Assembly (NCBI RefSeq): GCF_032062105.1
Contig: NW_026925088.1
Location: 62,001-126,000, forward strand
Reading direction: 5' to 3'
DNA: 64,000 nt
Origin: Saccostrea cucullata
Taxonomy: Eukaryota
Shown here: in pieces, positions 12,392 through 23,835 of the stretch
Position numbering within the stretch: position 1 is the first letter of the stretch
Layout: each line of letters begins with the position of its first letter
Notes under the pieces: generated by a model
What the model was told of the DNA's origin: nothing
The model's database searches: none
The model's input: only the letters and a program-made list of their open reading frames with translations
Position numbers and translations under genes: made by a program

Positions 12392-15300
12392 CTAGCTTTC
12401 TTCACATTTCAGCTTGGATTCCCTTTTCTTTATCGCTTGTCTATGAAATTTTTCTCTAAATCCGGATTCACTGAATCTGCTCACAAATTCCATAGAAGCA
12501 GTTTGTTGTTGTTCGCGTTCAGTTGCGTCGACGTCTATGTCAGATAGGACTTTACTTACACCCAGTTCGATGGAAACATCGCTATGTTCAACTGGGGATT
12601 GGGGAACTGTTTCTATTTTGGTTGATTCTTCACGCTTTCGTTTTGCAGATAACCGTTTACAAAAACAGTTAAATTTTGGCATGTCTTTAACTTTGATTAG
12701 CTCCTCTGACAAACTTTTGTACTTTGGCAAAAGTGAATCTGCTAGTGTCATAATGGCGTCTACATTTTTAATATAAGGCTTCAGTTGTTCCCAGCCCGTC
12801 CTAAGATCCCCACATTGGTTGATGTCTCTCATTGTCTTTGATTGTATGAACTTTTGGCTGTAAAATTTGTCTATGACATCACGTGGGTGAACGTTTTCTA
12901 TAATTTTACACACAGTACATGTTAGACGTCCATTTTTCTTCTCTTTGTACATTATACTTAATGATCTTTTTAACGATTTGTGAAGATGGTTGTGGTCACT
13001 TTCTAAAGCATCAACAAAACTGAGAAATGGGCCGTGACCGCGCTGTTCTAACAGTAACAGAAGGCTTCTGGTTTGATCTTTCTTTCCCCCTCCCCTCCTC
13101 TTTATTTCCTCTGCATCGCTCGCCGTAATGGCGTCATCTGCAATTAACTTGTCGAGGACATCTGTACTGTTTGGATCGAAGTCTTTCAAAATATTTTCAT
13201 GTTCTTGAATAAGAACCTCTTTGTATACATTGGCACATGCACTTGGAAGATCTGCAATCACAAACTAAATATGCTTATCATATATTGAAACAAAGAACAC
13301 GTCCATTGAAAAATGAATGGGACACTTATCTATAGTATTTTATTTTACATACCGGTATTTTGGTAGAAAATTTACCTTCAATTGGTATGTGGAAGGATCC
13401 ATCACTGCTACTGCTACTGTATAGAGAATCTTCACTACAACAAACCGCAGCAAACCTCCTTAGACGGGGCTTGCTGGGTCCACTCGTCAAGGTCTTGGCA
13501 GTTTGTTTAACGACTCTATTTAAATTTCTCTGTTCATCATCAAACAACTGTTCGATATTTGAGACTCGCCTCGTGAGAACATCAAGTTTTTCATTGGTGG
13601 TTTGAAGCTGGCTCGAAAATTTTTCCTCCAACTTTTGAAATTGCTCATCAAGTAGATACTGGAATATATATTATTGTTTTAAGTGTGAAGAAAGTGTAAT
13701 TTGGAGAAAAAAGATTTTTCTTGAAACACTATAGGAATGATTTATTCTTTATATTCTTTACGTTCAAGCCCTGTATCAATAAATGGTTAAAAAGATGCTT
13801 TTGAAATGAATGAATGTTGTTTTATTTTGTTATTGGAATGTTGAAACTTGAGAGAGAGAGAGAGAAAGATAGAGAGAGAGATTTGTACCCCCGTTCTCGA
13901 AGATTGGGGTACATATTTTTCTTTGATTTTTGAACAAGAGACTCTTCCTTAAGTATTTAACCTTATCTTAACTCGTTAGTGGCTATATTTCACATATGTA
14001 TTTCTTTTGGTAAGACTTTCTGTTTGCCAGAGTTAACTTATTAACCCTCGCCTTAGAGATTTACCTGCTTTTGAAAAACTTTGACCATAACTTCTTGTGA
14101 CAAGACATATTCCTTTGTTTAAGCTTTTTTTATATGTTGACCTTTTAATTTGACTCGTATTCGAGCCATACGGGGACATCAGTGTTGCATAAACACACTA
14201 GTTTAAAATAATGAAAAAAGTTTTCTCGATGCATATTTACGCAGAGTATGCACTAAACCCTATGTAAACATTGTCATTCCATGCGATGATATATTAATTG
14301 AACATATTTACCAAGAAGGCGTTATCCCTACTTGTTCCTGGTTATAGCTCTAATCAGTCAAACTACTCCTGTTGACATGTTTATATAAGGTGCAGATATA
14401 AAATTAAGGAAATTTTTAAAGATGTTTAACTTAATACATCTAAAAATATAAAAATCGGAGACTTTTCATTTAAATATTTATTTATTTATCGTTCGTTTAA
14501 ATCTCCTTTTGATTTATTACCATTTAAAATGTATGAGGGTATTTCATATATGTAGACTACCATAAATTCTAGGCCCCAAAGTATTGTAAGAAAAATACAA
14601 GTACTTTTTATTACTTTTACACAAGACAGGTGAAAAGTTCATTCATAATTTCAGAAGGGCAATTACTATTTATCACTGGAAACAATTTATTACCAAAAGA
14701 AATCAAGTCATCCAATACCTTTAGCTTTTCTACAATATCCCCTGGTCCTTCTTCAAAACTGTAAGAAAGAACACATTTTTATTTAAGAAAACAAATCCAA
14801 AACTTATTTAAAAGTACATATTAAAATTTATTTTCTGTACAGTAATGCAGCAAAGGCTAGTTCAAATTCAATTTTTTAGATTAATGAAGAAGAATATAAT
14901 ACAACTAGAGCAAAGCTCGTTGCAAAGCAACGAGTAGGTCTTCCGTCCTGTTTTGACCGGAAGTGACGTCAACAAAAGAAAGCAATGAGCTTAGTCGTCT
15001 CCAGTCACTTTATAATTTCAATTTTGTATCAAAACCTTAAAAAATAAGCTATTTTTGGCTACTTCCGGTTTGACCGGAAGTGATGTCGACGGACGGAAAA
15101 TTAGGTTTTATGCTCCCAGTGACATATGTTACCCAAAAACTTGTCAAGAACGGCAAAAATATGCATTTTCTGACTACTTCCGGTTTGACCGGAAGTGACG
15201 TCGCTGGACGCATTTTGACGACTTCAATAGATTAAGCTTGACATTTTGAACAACTTTGCTTCTTGGATGTATTACAAATTCTCAATACTTTTTGAGATAT

Positions 15301-15846
15301 CTGGAAAAAACTTTTGGCCCCTCTAGATCCCTTAATTTAGGGGTAAGCCCTTTTTTCGAGATATTATTTGAAAGATCTTGTGATGCTGCACAAATTTTGT
15401 TCTACATATTTTAACAAAATATTTTTAGTTTAGAAGATAAAAAGCAAAATATGTGTAAATTTTCGCTCTTTTAGGCGTTCTAATTTTTGACCCCTATATA
15501 GCATCATTTTGAATAGAGAAATCGAAAACAAAAACAGCTATGCACAACTTCAATCCTTCTATTATCTAAAATCAGTAGAATTTCTGCTCCAGCTTTAGCC
15601 GTCTCTGAGCCTTTGTCTGGAAACGAAAGCCTATAAATTTTCGTTTAAAGGGAAATAACTCAAAACCGGAAGTGACTTTTTGAAATTTTAGATAGCATTC
15701 TGAAAGAGTTTAGTAAAGTCTATAAACTCTGAAAATTTGAGCAAAATCCATTGAGAAATGAGTGAAATATGAGGCCTCAAAGTCGGCGTCTAGGAAAAGG
15801 AAAAAAAAAGAATAATAAGAATAATCTTAATCATCAGAATCAGTAG

Positions 15847-15880
<34 letters not shown>

Positions 15881-17798
15881 TCAATAAAGTGATCGGTCGG
15901 CAGGGGATGGTTTCTACTTCATTGCACCTGATCCCATTTCATGATGTTTTGGAGATCCGTGTTTGCTTTGCTCCTATTTTGTATTGTTTTATGGACTTTT
16001 GAGCTTAAATACTGTTCGTTATCTTCATATATTTCAATCAACTTTGTGAAGAGAACTTTCAATTGCAAGGATTTCAGATAACAAATTATTTTACATGTGA
16101 AAAAACAAATTAGGGTGCTAATTACAATTTACCTTCTTTACAGCAACAGCAAAGATTTGTGGAATCTAAAGGTTTTGATTAACTAATAGAAATGTATAAA
16201 ACTTTTATATATTTCTATTAATTAATCAAGATAAAAGGTAACTCCATTTTAAAAAGTATGGATGATTTTCAGTAAATCATTGCTGTGAGTAAGTAAATGA
16301 TTCATTTGGTATAATACACATGGCATGTATACTGTTAAAGACTTTCTGTAAGTTAAATGCCAAGTGCATGCAAGAATTACTAGTATGTGATGTATCAGGG
16401 AAAGTTTGCTGTTAATTAAAAAAAATTAATCTAATATACTGTCAACATTTTATGTGTCAAAGACAGTTGGGTAAAGGCTAAAACTGTTTAAAAGAATATG
16501 AGATGCTATGTAGCACAAACTGACCCTCATCTTATACTCTTTTTAATATCTGTCTATCAAATCCTCCCCCTACGTACCGTCTTGTTTGAATTTTTATTGG
16601 CAAAAACAAAAAAAAATATGCAAGAATATAGATGATAAAAAAATAATAATTTAGCGGCAACTCAATTTGCATTCTTTAGAATTATATTGACATTTTTTAC
16701 TATTTAATTTTCAAAATAAATGAACATTTTTCATTGCAACATCATTTTGCATTTGAAATCTTCAATAAATACATAAAAAATAAAATTTCTTCAAAAAAAA
16801 AATCAAATAAGATTTGTACCTGTAATATTTAAATTTACAGTTTCATTATTTTTTTAAGAAACAGAAAAATACGATGAGAATTATAACTAGGGTTAAATCA
16901 ACTTCTGACATGAATAAAAGTTATTAAAGATTTTCTCCGTCTATGGAAGCAGGTATTAACTGTGTATATTTATCTGTTATCAGTTGATTCATAACTTAAC
17001 AAGTTTACAAAGGAAACAATTCTTATTGGTGAACTATTTGTCTACTTTTCTTATTTATAAAAGAGACAAAATGATACATGCAAGTACTATGCATTTTTCA
17101 GTATCCGTTTTATTAAATTAAATAGGGCATTCTGTCACAAGGCTACATGTCGCTTGAGTGCCCATGAAGTAACCATTGAACAATAAATACATTGAACAAC
17201 GCCCATTTCTTTAGAAACGAGAAAGGAATAAATAACACACTTCCCGCGACAAGCAACATGAGTTACATTGAAATTAAGAGTATACATTGTTCTTATTACA
17301 ATTGGAAGCATAATTATGATTTTATCATGTTTATTGGAGTTAGCAACAACATCGAACATGCTTACCTATGACTCTGACCTCCAGGTATTGATCATTTTTT
17401 TTTTTGAAGTTGTTTTTCCAAACAGAAAATGTTACCACTTCAATGCGCTTCATTGTAACAATGTCTGCGGTATACATTGTCTTACAATGGAGCTACAGCA
17501 AAACATATCCATTGACTCTGACCTCCTGAGATTTTTTTTTTGAAGTTGTTTTTGAAAATAAGTTTATACACTGTAAAGATTTAAATGCAAGTAGTCTCTA
17601 AAACTTTAAAGCGCCCTCATTGTGATCTTATTTGAGATAGGGTATCTATAAATATAACATGTCAGTTTTATATACGTTTACTTTAATCAGTTCTTTATTT
17701 TAAATGAACCTTTCTCGAGACAGATTCATTATATTTTATCTTAATTTAAATCTAAACATGGCAACTTACCCCGAATCTGACTTCTGCAGACCTGCCAT
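12392..17798 (-). CDS. CARD-domain protein B, paralog of A: DSG motif + coiled-coil + CARD + Cys-bracketed CARD-like domain + tail (~403 aa)
   Basis: Exons 17798-17770 (MAGLQKSDSG), 14758-14719 (FEEGPGDIVEKLK), 13658-13376 and 13251-12392; GT-AG introns in phases 2, 0, 1 give one 1212-nt ORF. CARD: VLIQEHENILKDFDPNSTDVLDKLIADDAITASDAEEI...DQTRSLLLLLEQRGHGPFLSFVDALESDHNHLHKSL. The intron before the CARD exon has the same position and phase as in gene A. Confidence 0.82.
13850..13880. repeat. (GA)n microsatellite
   Basis: Direct reading. Confidence 0.9.
14903..15880 (-). mobile_element. HINE / non-autonomous Helentron-like element in CARD-B intron 1
   Basis: Subterminal IR AGGTCTTCCGT/ACGGAAGACCT, terminal hairpin CTCGTTGC-AAA-GCAACGAG, (AAT)n tract and internal TTGACCGGAAGTGA repeats. 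Confidence 0.75.
15890..16035 (+). mobile_element. 3'-end fragment of the Penelope-like family
   Basis: Similar to 18800-18930 (reverse complement) and 9205-9270. Confidence 0.55.
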
Positions 17799-17963
17799 GT
17801 TACCGCGATACAGGACGGGTATTTCCAGATTGCTTGTTTAACGCATTATCATGCACCTTTTATTTACATTTTGAAGCGGGACGATTCAAACTATTATTTT
17901 ACTTAAAAGGGGGTGGCTTTTTATTCAGTAATTTACAAAATGTTGTCAAAACAAATGGATTCA

Positions 17964-18452
17964 TTTTATTATACCCCTGCTTGAAAAGAGGGGCGGTACA
18001 TAGTGATCGGAATGTCCGTCCGTCGGTTCGTCCGTCTGTTACGCGTTGGGGTACCCATCTCTTATCTGCAACTCCTCTTTTACCACAGAATGAATCTAAT
18101 GAGATTTTCACAGAATTTTCGTTATACAGAATACCATATTGAACCTCTTATTTTACTTTTTGGTCTGACACCTGTTTTAGGTTTCTTAGAGCAAAACATT
18201 GACACTGCCATCCTTTCTATTATATTGAAGGGTACCCATCTCATATCCGCAACTCCTGCTATACCACCAAATAAAATTTAATGATACTTTCACAGATTCT
18301 TAATTACATAATTGTGCACCTTCTATCATTTTTTGATCTGACACTTATTTCGGGTCTCTCGGAGCAAAACATGGAATTTACATCATACCCCGGTAACTAT
18401 ATGGGAGGCGGGGTATCATAATGTGAGTTCATTGCTCACAGTACTCCTAGTT
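17964..18452 (+). mobile_element. HINE-like element
   Basis: TTATACCCC.. start, (GTCC)n tract, 3' hairpin TGTGAG...CTCACA + CTAGTT. A second copy lies reversed at 34676-34982. Confidence 0.7.
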
Positions 18453-19167
18453 CTTAATTTTGGATCCTTCAATCTATACATATACAGTGCAAATATGAAA
18501 TGTTTTTGTGTCAAATTAAGAATACATTTAATGATAGTAATATTGTTTGAATTCAGATTTACCTATTTTTGTTTCTTTAGCAAGTATTGTTTTCCCCTTT
18601 CAAATTTTGATCAAAAAAGAGGGAAAATAAAAATATGTATCAAATCATCCCCTACCGTCCTGTTTGAATTTTTATTGGAAAAAATATCGATTGCAAGAAT
18701 ATAGATGAAAAAGAGTTAAGCTGGAGATAATAATATAGCAGCAACTCAATTTGCATTCTTAACAGTTATATTGGCTTTTTTAGAATGAAACGTATGGAGA
18801 TAACAGTATTCAAGTTCAAATGTCCATAAAACAATACAAAATAGGAGCAAAGCAAATACGGACCTCAAAAGCATCATTGGTTGGACCAGGTTCCATGAAG
18901 GAGTGAGCATCCCCCTGCTGACCGGTCCCACCCGTCGTGTGTTCCTTGTCATGATCGGGAAATAATGAAAAAATCCGTCGTCAATTCAGTGTGTACTTAA
19001 TGGCCTAAGAATTAGTATGAAAAATGTCAGTCAGCATTTGACCTAATGATAAATTGTATTTGCTAGAAAGTCATTGTATCGACCATAGAACTTACAAAAT
19101 AATTTAAACGAGACTGCTGATATTCTTGTTTAAGCAACTTGTTTGTCAATATTTTACCTCGTTTTAA

Positions 19168-20953
19168 GGGGGCCGACTATAGTTTTATTGTGTGAAAACT
19201 ACAAATAGCGAAACTCTTCATTTTTATACCATTTATAACTTACATTAACTTCAGTGTACATGCAAAGTTTGGGGGAAATCTACCGTCCAGGTATTTTGAG
19301 GGACCGTCTCAAAATACAGGTTCATTTACTATAGGATTATACTGTAAAACGAGAATATTTGGCGCACTACTAATTTTAGCGCCTTTGGCGCAAGAACCCC
19401 TGAGCGCTAAAATTTATTGTGCGCTAAAGGATTTCTAAATATCATTTTTTTTTTTGTTCAAAGCTTTTACATAAGTACATGTAAACCGGAACGCGCGATT
19501 ACGTAATGTCAAAGGTTCAATGGATTTTATAAACACACTAGCACTGTACATGGTAGGATTAATCGAGAAAGTTCTGCCAAATTATAATTTAATTAAACTA
19601 TTGTTACCCCGGTAGTTGTTACCCAATTCTCGTCATTAGCACCTTCAAAGTTTGGCTTCTCGGCGTGTCAATCATCTATCGCCTTGAGGTAAACAATGAT
19701 CAAGCATGGCGATTGAGCTAGCAGACAACACCTGATTAGGATTACCGTTTTATCGAAGTAATTATCTGTCGATGCATGCATTGTTTTAATATGATTTAAA
19801 TGAGAAAATACTCAATTTCTTTTAATTGAAAATAGAAATAAAATAAATTTTTATATTGTGCCACGTCCATGTGATAGCAACACGTACCGCGGTAAAGTTA
19901 ACTAACGAATGTTAACTGATATACGGGAGTACTAATGTGTTTCCGTGCTTGACTAACAAAAAAATCAAATACGGGTGTGGATAAAAAAACAAAATATCAC
20001 ATTTATATATTTTACTGACAAGTGCAAGCGCTAAATTTATTTTATGACATTCCCACTTGCGTTTGCGCTAAAATACGTATGCGCCAAATTTTCTCGTTTT
20101 ACAGTATAGGAAAATGCCAATTTTTAGCACTTTAAAGTAAATTATACAAATACTACAATAAACATTTTGTTCAAACTATAATATTTGATGAGTAATACTA
20201 TATTATACAATATATGTAAAAAACACAATATTCTACCGTCTTGTTACCAGAGGGGGCATCTCAAAATGCAAAAAATTAGCAAATTTTACTATTTTTATAT
20301 ATATTAAAAATATGAAGTAAACAATGGTATTTTACTTATATCATTGTTCAAATACAACTATTTTTCAAAGTGCTAATTGGAGGTCTTTGATAGCAAATGC
20401 TTAATTAAAAATACATATCTCAAACTTGCTTTCAAACTTTCAAGATGACAAGTATCATTTTTAACCATCAGCCTTCCTTCATTAAAACGATTAATCCAAT
20501 CATTAATTGAATTTATAGGAACTCATTTATCTCAATAAACTGTGTACAAATTATGTATTTGATACTGAAGAGGGATTTCTAAGATATTACAATAAACGTT
20601 TGTTGAACGAGTTCGACTGAGACAACCATTTTTCGTCACAAGTTTGACGTCATTTTTCACAAACAAGGAAAGAAACTTTTTCAATAATATTTTTATTACC
20701 CGAATTTTTTTGAAGAGGTACAGATTATATAACGTCAAAAACACACTGCAAACGTCAAAAACACACTACCTATCAATTGCAAAATCGGTTAAAAAATCAG
20801 TAATATCAAATTGTAATTACATTTTTATACCTATAATTTCTTAATTTTGTTTAATTTTAATAATTAAGCGAAAAAAGTTGCATTAAAACAGTAAATACGC
20901 TTCATTTTACTATGATGCGCGAAATATTGCAATGGAAACTATAGTCGGCCCCC
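19168..20953. mobile_element. Kolobok-like non-autonomous DNA transposon
   Basis: TIR GGGGGCCGACTATAGTTT / AAACTATAGTCGGCCCCC; TTAA TSD at 19164-19167 and 20954-20957. Purine (GG) termini favour Kolobok over piggyBac. Confidence 0.8.
19340..20106. mobile_element. TA-flanked MITE nested in the Kolobok-like element
   Basis: TIR TACTGTAAAACGAGAATATTTGGCGCA / TGCGCCAAATTTTCTCGTTTTACAGTA, flanked by TA. Confidence 0.75.
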
Positions 20954-21529
20954 TTAAAAATTGTAGATCATGCTTTTGCGTATCGAAACAGCCGAGATAT
21001 ATAAATCCTGTATGCAGGTGATGACGGTATATTGATGCATAAGTGAGGGAAGTTGACAATTAAAAAGTTAAAACCATCTCGTTTGTCATGAAGCTTGGTT
21101 GTTAGATTACCATTTACGCCCTTTTCAAGTGAAATATCCAAATGCGAAACAGATGTGTCAGACTCTGAGGCATCTTTTATTTCAAGCTCAACGGGAAATA
21201 TCGTATCGACATAAGAATGGAGATAGCCATTGTTAATTGACAATACGTCGTTGATATATACAAATGTCGAGTTGTACATTTCACTTATAAGATTCTATAC
21301 AAACTCTGCTTCATATGAATACAAAAATAGGTCTGCTAATAACGGGGCGCAATTAGTACCCATTAGAATTCCAATATACCGTTGGAAATCCTGGTCTCCA
21401 AAAACCACAAAGATACATGTATTGTCAATCAGAAACTCGAGCATCTATTTATTATCAAGATCAGAGTACTTGTATGTACAATCAGAATGTTTTACTATGC
21501 AAAAAAAAAAACCAATAAACTAATTGTGT

Positions 21530-22445
21530 GCAAGAATATAGATTTATAATAAAGTTAAGCAGAAGATTAAAATTTAGCGGCAACTAAATTTGAATTCTTA
21601 ACAATTATATCGACATATTTTACTATAAAATTTTCTAAAACATTGATCATTTTTTATTTCGACATCAATTTGCTTTTGAAATCTTTAGGAAATGCATAAA
21701 AAATACATGTAAATTTATTATAGTTCTGTACTTGTAAGATTTAAAAATACCGTTTTATTATTTTCTAAAGGAACGGGAAAACATATGAAAAAAGATGAGA
21801 ATATTAAGCTTATATCTGCTTCTTGTATTATTATATTAGTCATTTTTTTCCCTCTATCGAAGCATATGTATTTACTGTGTCTATTTCATGACATAATTAT
21901 CTGTGCAATTTTTGGTATCCTTTATATTAAAATTAAATAGGGCATTCGATCAAAAGGCTGTATGTCGCTTGAATGCCCATGAAGTAACCATTGAACAATA
22001 AGTAACAATGTCTCTGGTTTGTCTTTCCAAAGCAGCTACATCAAACCATGTTCTTTGAATTTCAATTGACCTGCTGAATTATTTTTATTCATTTTAAAAA
22101 TCATTTTATACACTAAAGATTTAAAAGCAAGCAGTCTTTAAAACTGGCCGACGCCCTCAGTTTGATCTTACCTGAGGTAGAGCATATATAAATGTAAGAT
22201 ATCAATTTTACTTACATTTACTTTTATTTAATCAGTTCTTTATTTTGATTGAACCTTTCTCGAGACAGATTCATTATATTTTATCTTAATTTAAATCTAA
22301 ACTTGGTAGCTTACCCAGAATCTGCCTTCTGCAGACCTGCCATGCTCCAGCGACGCAGGCCAGGTATTTGCAGACTGCTTGTTTAACGCATTATCACCTT
22401 GTACTTATTTTCTGAAGCGGGACGATTCAAACTATTATTTTACTT
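21530..22445. repeat. Segmental duplicate of ~16620-17905 including CARD-B exon 1 and promoter
   Basis: Collinear similarity throughout, e.g. AAATAGGGCATTC...GCCCATGAAGTAACCATTGAACAATAA, a 52-bp identical block 17706-17757 = 22251-22302, and GAAGCGGGACGATTCAAACTATTATTTTACTTA. A third partial copy lies at ~18640-18783. Confidence 0.85.
22315..22343 (-). CDS. Duplicate (alternative) first coding exon of CARD gene: MAGLQKADSG
   Basis: ATG GCA GGT CTG CAG AAG GCA GAT TCT GG|GTAAG: intact ATG and donor, same length (29 nt) and phase as 17798-17770. Confidence 0.65.
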
Positions 22446-22823
22446 AGAGGGATTTGAAGTAATTCGCCATACATTGAAGCCTTGATAGCTTGGTAGTAAA
22501 TTTAAGTCTGAACAAACACAATAATTAATATACACACAAAAAATCAAAGTCTTAGACTTATTAAAATCAGCGGCTTTTTCAATATAAATGGAGCGTTGGA
22601 AATATTCAAAACAATTTTGTACGGAAACATTATGGCTTTACAAACAGGTACTTAAAGTTGATACTAAAATGACGCTTAAGCTCGGGGTCATCAATATCTA
22701 CATGTACATGTATCATGTATGTATTTTTTTAACTGCAGAACTCTAGCGATATGGTTGTATATATTATTCTTTGAACAAAGCGCTACAGATCCCGTAATGC
22801 AAATAATGTGTAATTTAAGGCGC

Positions 22824-23168
22824 AAGATTTGCTGCGCACTGTTTGGAAATATTTCTCCACATTCCAACATTGGTAAATCATCTACCTTTCCCTCATACTT
22901 CTAGAACATTTTTTAATAAACTATATGAGTATTTTATACACCTCCCATAGCTTGAGAGTCGTCTCTACAAGCGATAAACTTGCTTGAATTAGAATTTTCC
23001 CTCAGACAATTCAAATCAAGCCAGTTTATCGCCTGTTAAGGTAACTACAAATGGTTAAGAGGAGGATAAAATATATAAATTGGATTAAGAATATGTCTGA
23101 ATTACGAGGTGAACGGTAGATGATTTACCAAGTGGAGAAATTCTCCCAAACAGTGCGCAATAAATCTT
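22824..23168. mobile_element. Foldback/palindromic MITE-like element
   Basis: Arms TGCGCACTGTTTGG..TTCTCCAC..TTGGTAAATCATCTACC / GGTAGATGATTTACCAAGTGGAGAA..CCAAACAGTGCGCA, and inner GCGATAAACT/AGTTTATCGC. Confidence 0.7.
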
Positions 23169-23439
23169 TGGAATCATTTTAATTCGTGGATCAGTGTTCG
23201 TGGTAAGCAAAATTTTGTGGGTTCCTTGAGGTGTTCTTTCTTGGGTAACTCACATATACAGAAGATTCAATAACAATGTTTACAAAAATTAATGTTCGTA
23301 GGGATGCAAATTCGTGGATAAGGATAGCTCACAATCATTGGTCCCCACGAACATTGAAGATTTCACAGTATATAAAACTATAACGCACCAGTTCTGAACT
23401 AGTAGCTTTTGGAGATAAAGTCTTGAACTATCTATTTGA

Positions 23440-23835
23440 TTTACTTACTATTACCTACATATGCTTGCTACCCCTTTTTGGGTATGTACCGCTGACAAGA
23501 TACCCCCAGGCCCCTCTATCCTGAGCAATACTTTCTATTTCTTTTCAGGTCTTGTCTCTTGCCAGGTGTGCATTGGCTTATCTCTCTTACGTTTTTCTTG
23601 GGGTTCCAGGATAGGGCTTGTCTTATGATGTTATTGTGGGCCTTGCTTAAAGTGTGTCCTATCCAGCTCCACCTTCTCTGCATTCCTAGTATTTCTTCTA
23701 TTGGGCATTGGTTTGTTCTGTGCTACAAATCGATTTTGCTAATTTTGTCGGGCCATCTAACCTGGAGGATGCTTCTCAGACAAGAGTTGATGAATGTTTT
23801 GGATCCTGTTTGTCATGGTAACAGTCATCCTCCAT
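23440..23835 (-). mobile_element. RTE-type LINE 3' fragment
   Basis: Decayed CLRSILQVRWPDKISKIDL...[10 protein letters not shown]...RQALSWNP, with a (TAAG)-like tail. Confidence 0.65.

Larger units (their letters stand above)
18785..21500 (-). mobile_element. Penelope-like retroelement fragment interrupted by a Kolobok-like element
   Basis: GILMGTNCAPLLADLFLYSYEAEF, ELEIKDASES and LHDKRDGFNFLIVNFP motifs (20968-21500). The C-terminus and 3' module continue at 18785-19165. Confidence 0.8.

Noticed and set aside
16133-16165. 33-nt AG...GT-bounded candidate cassette exon in CARD-B intron 1
   Set aside because: It contains TAA in the required phase. It could only be a poison exon, and there is no supporting evidence.
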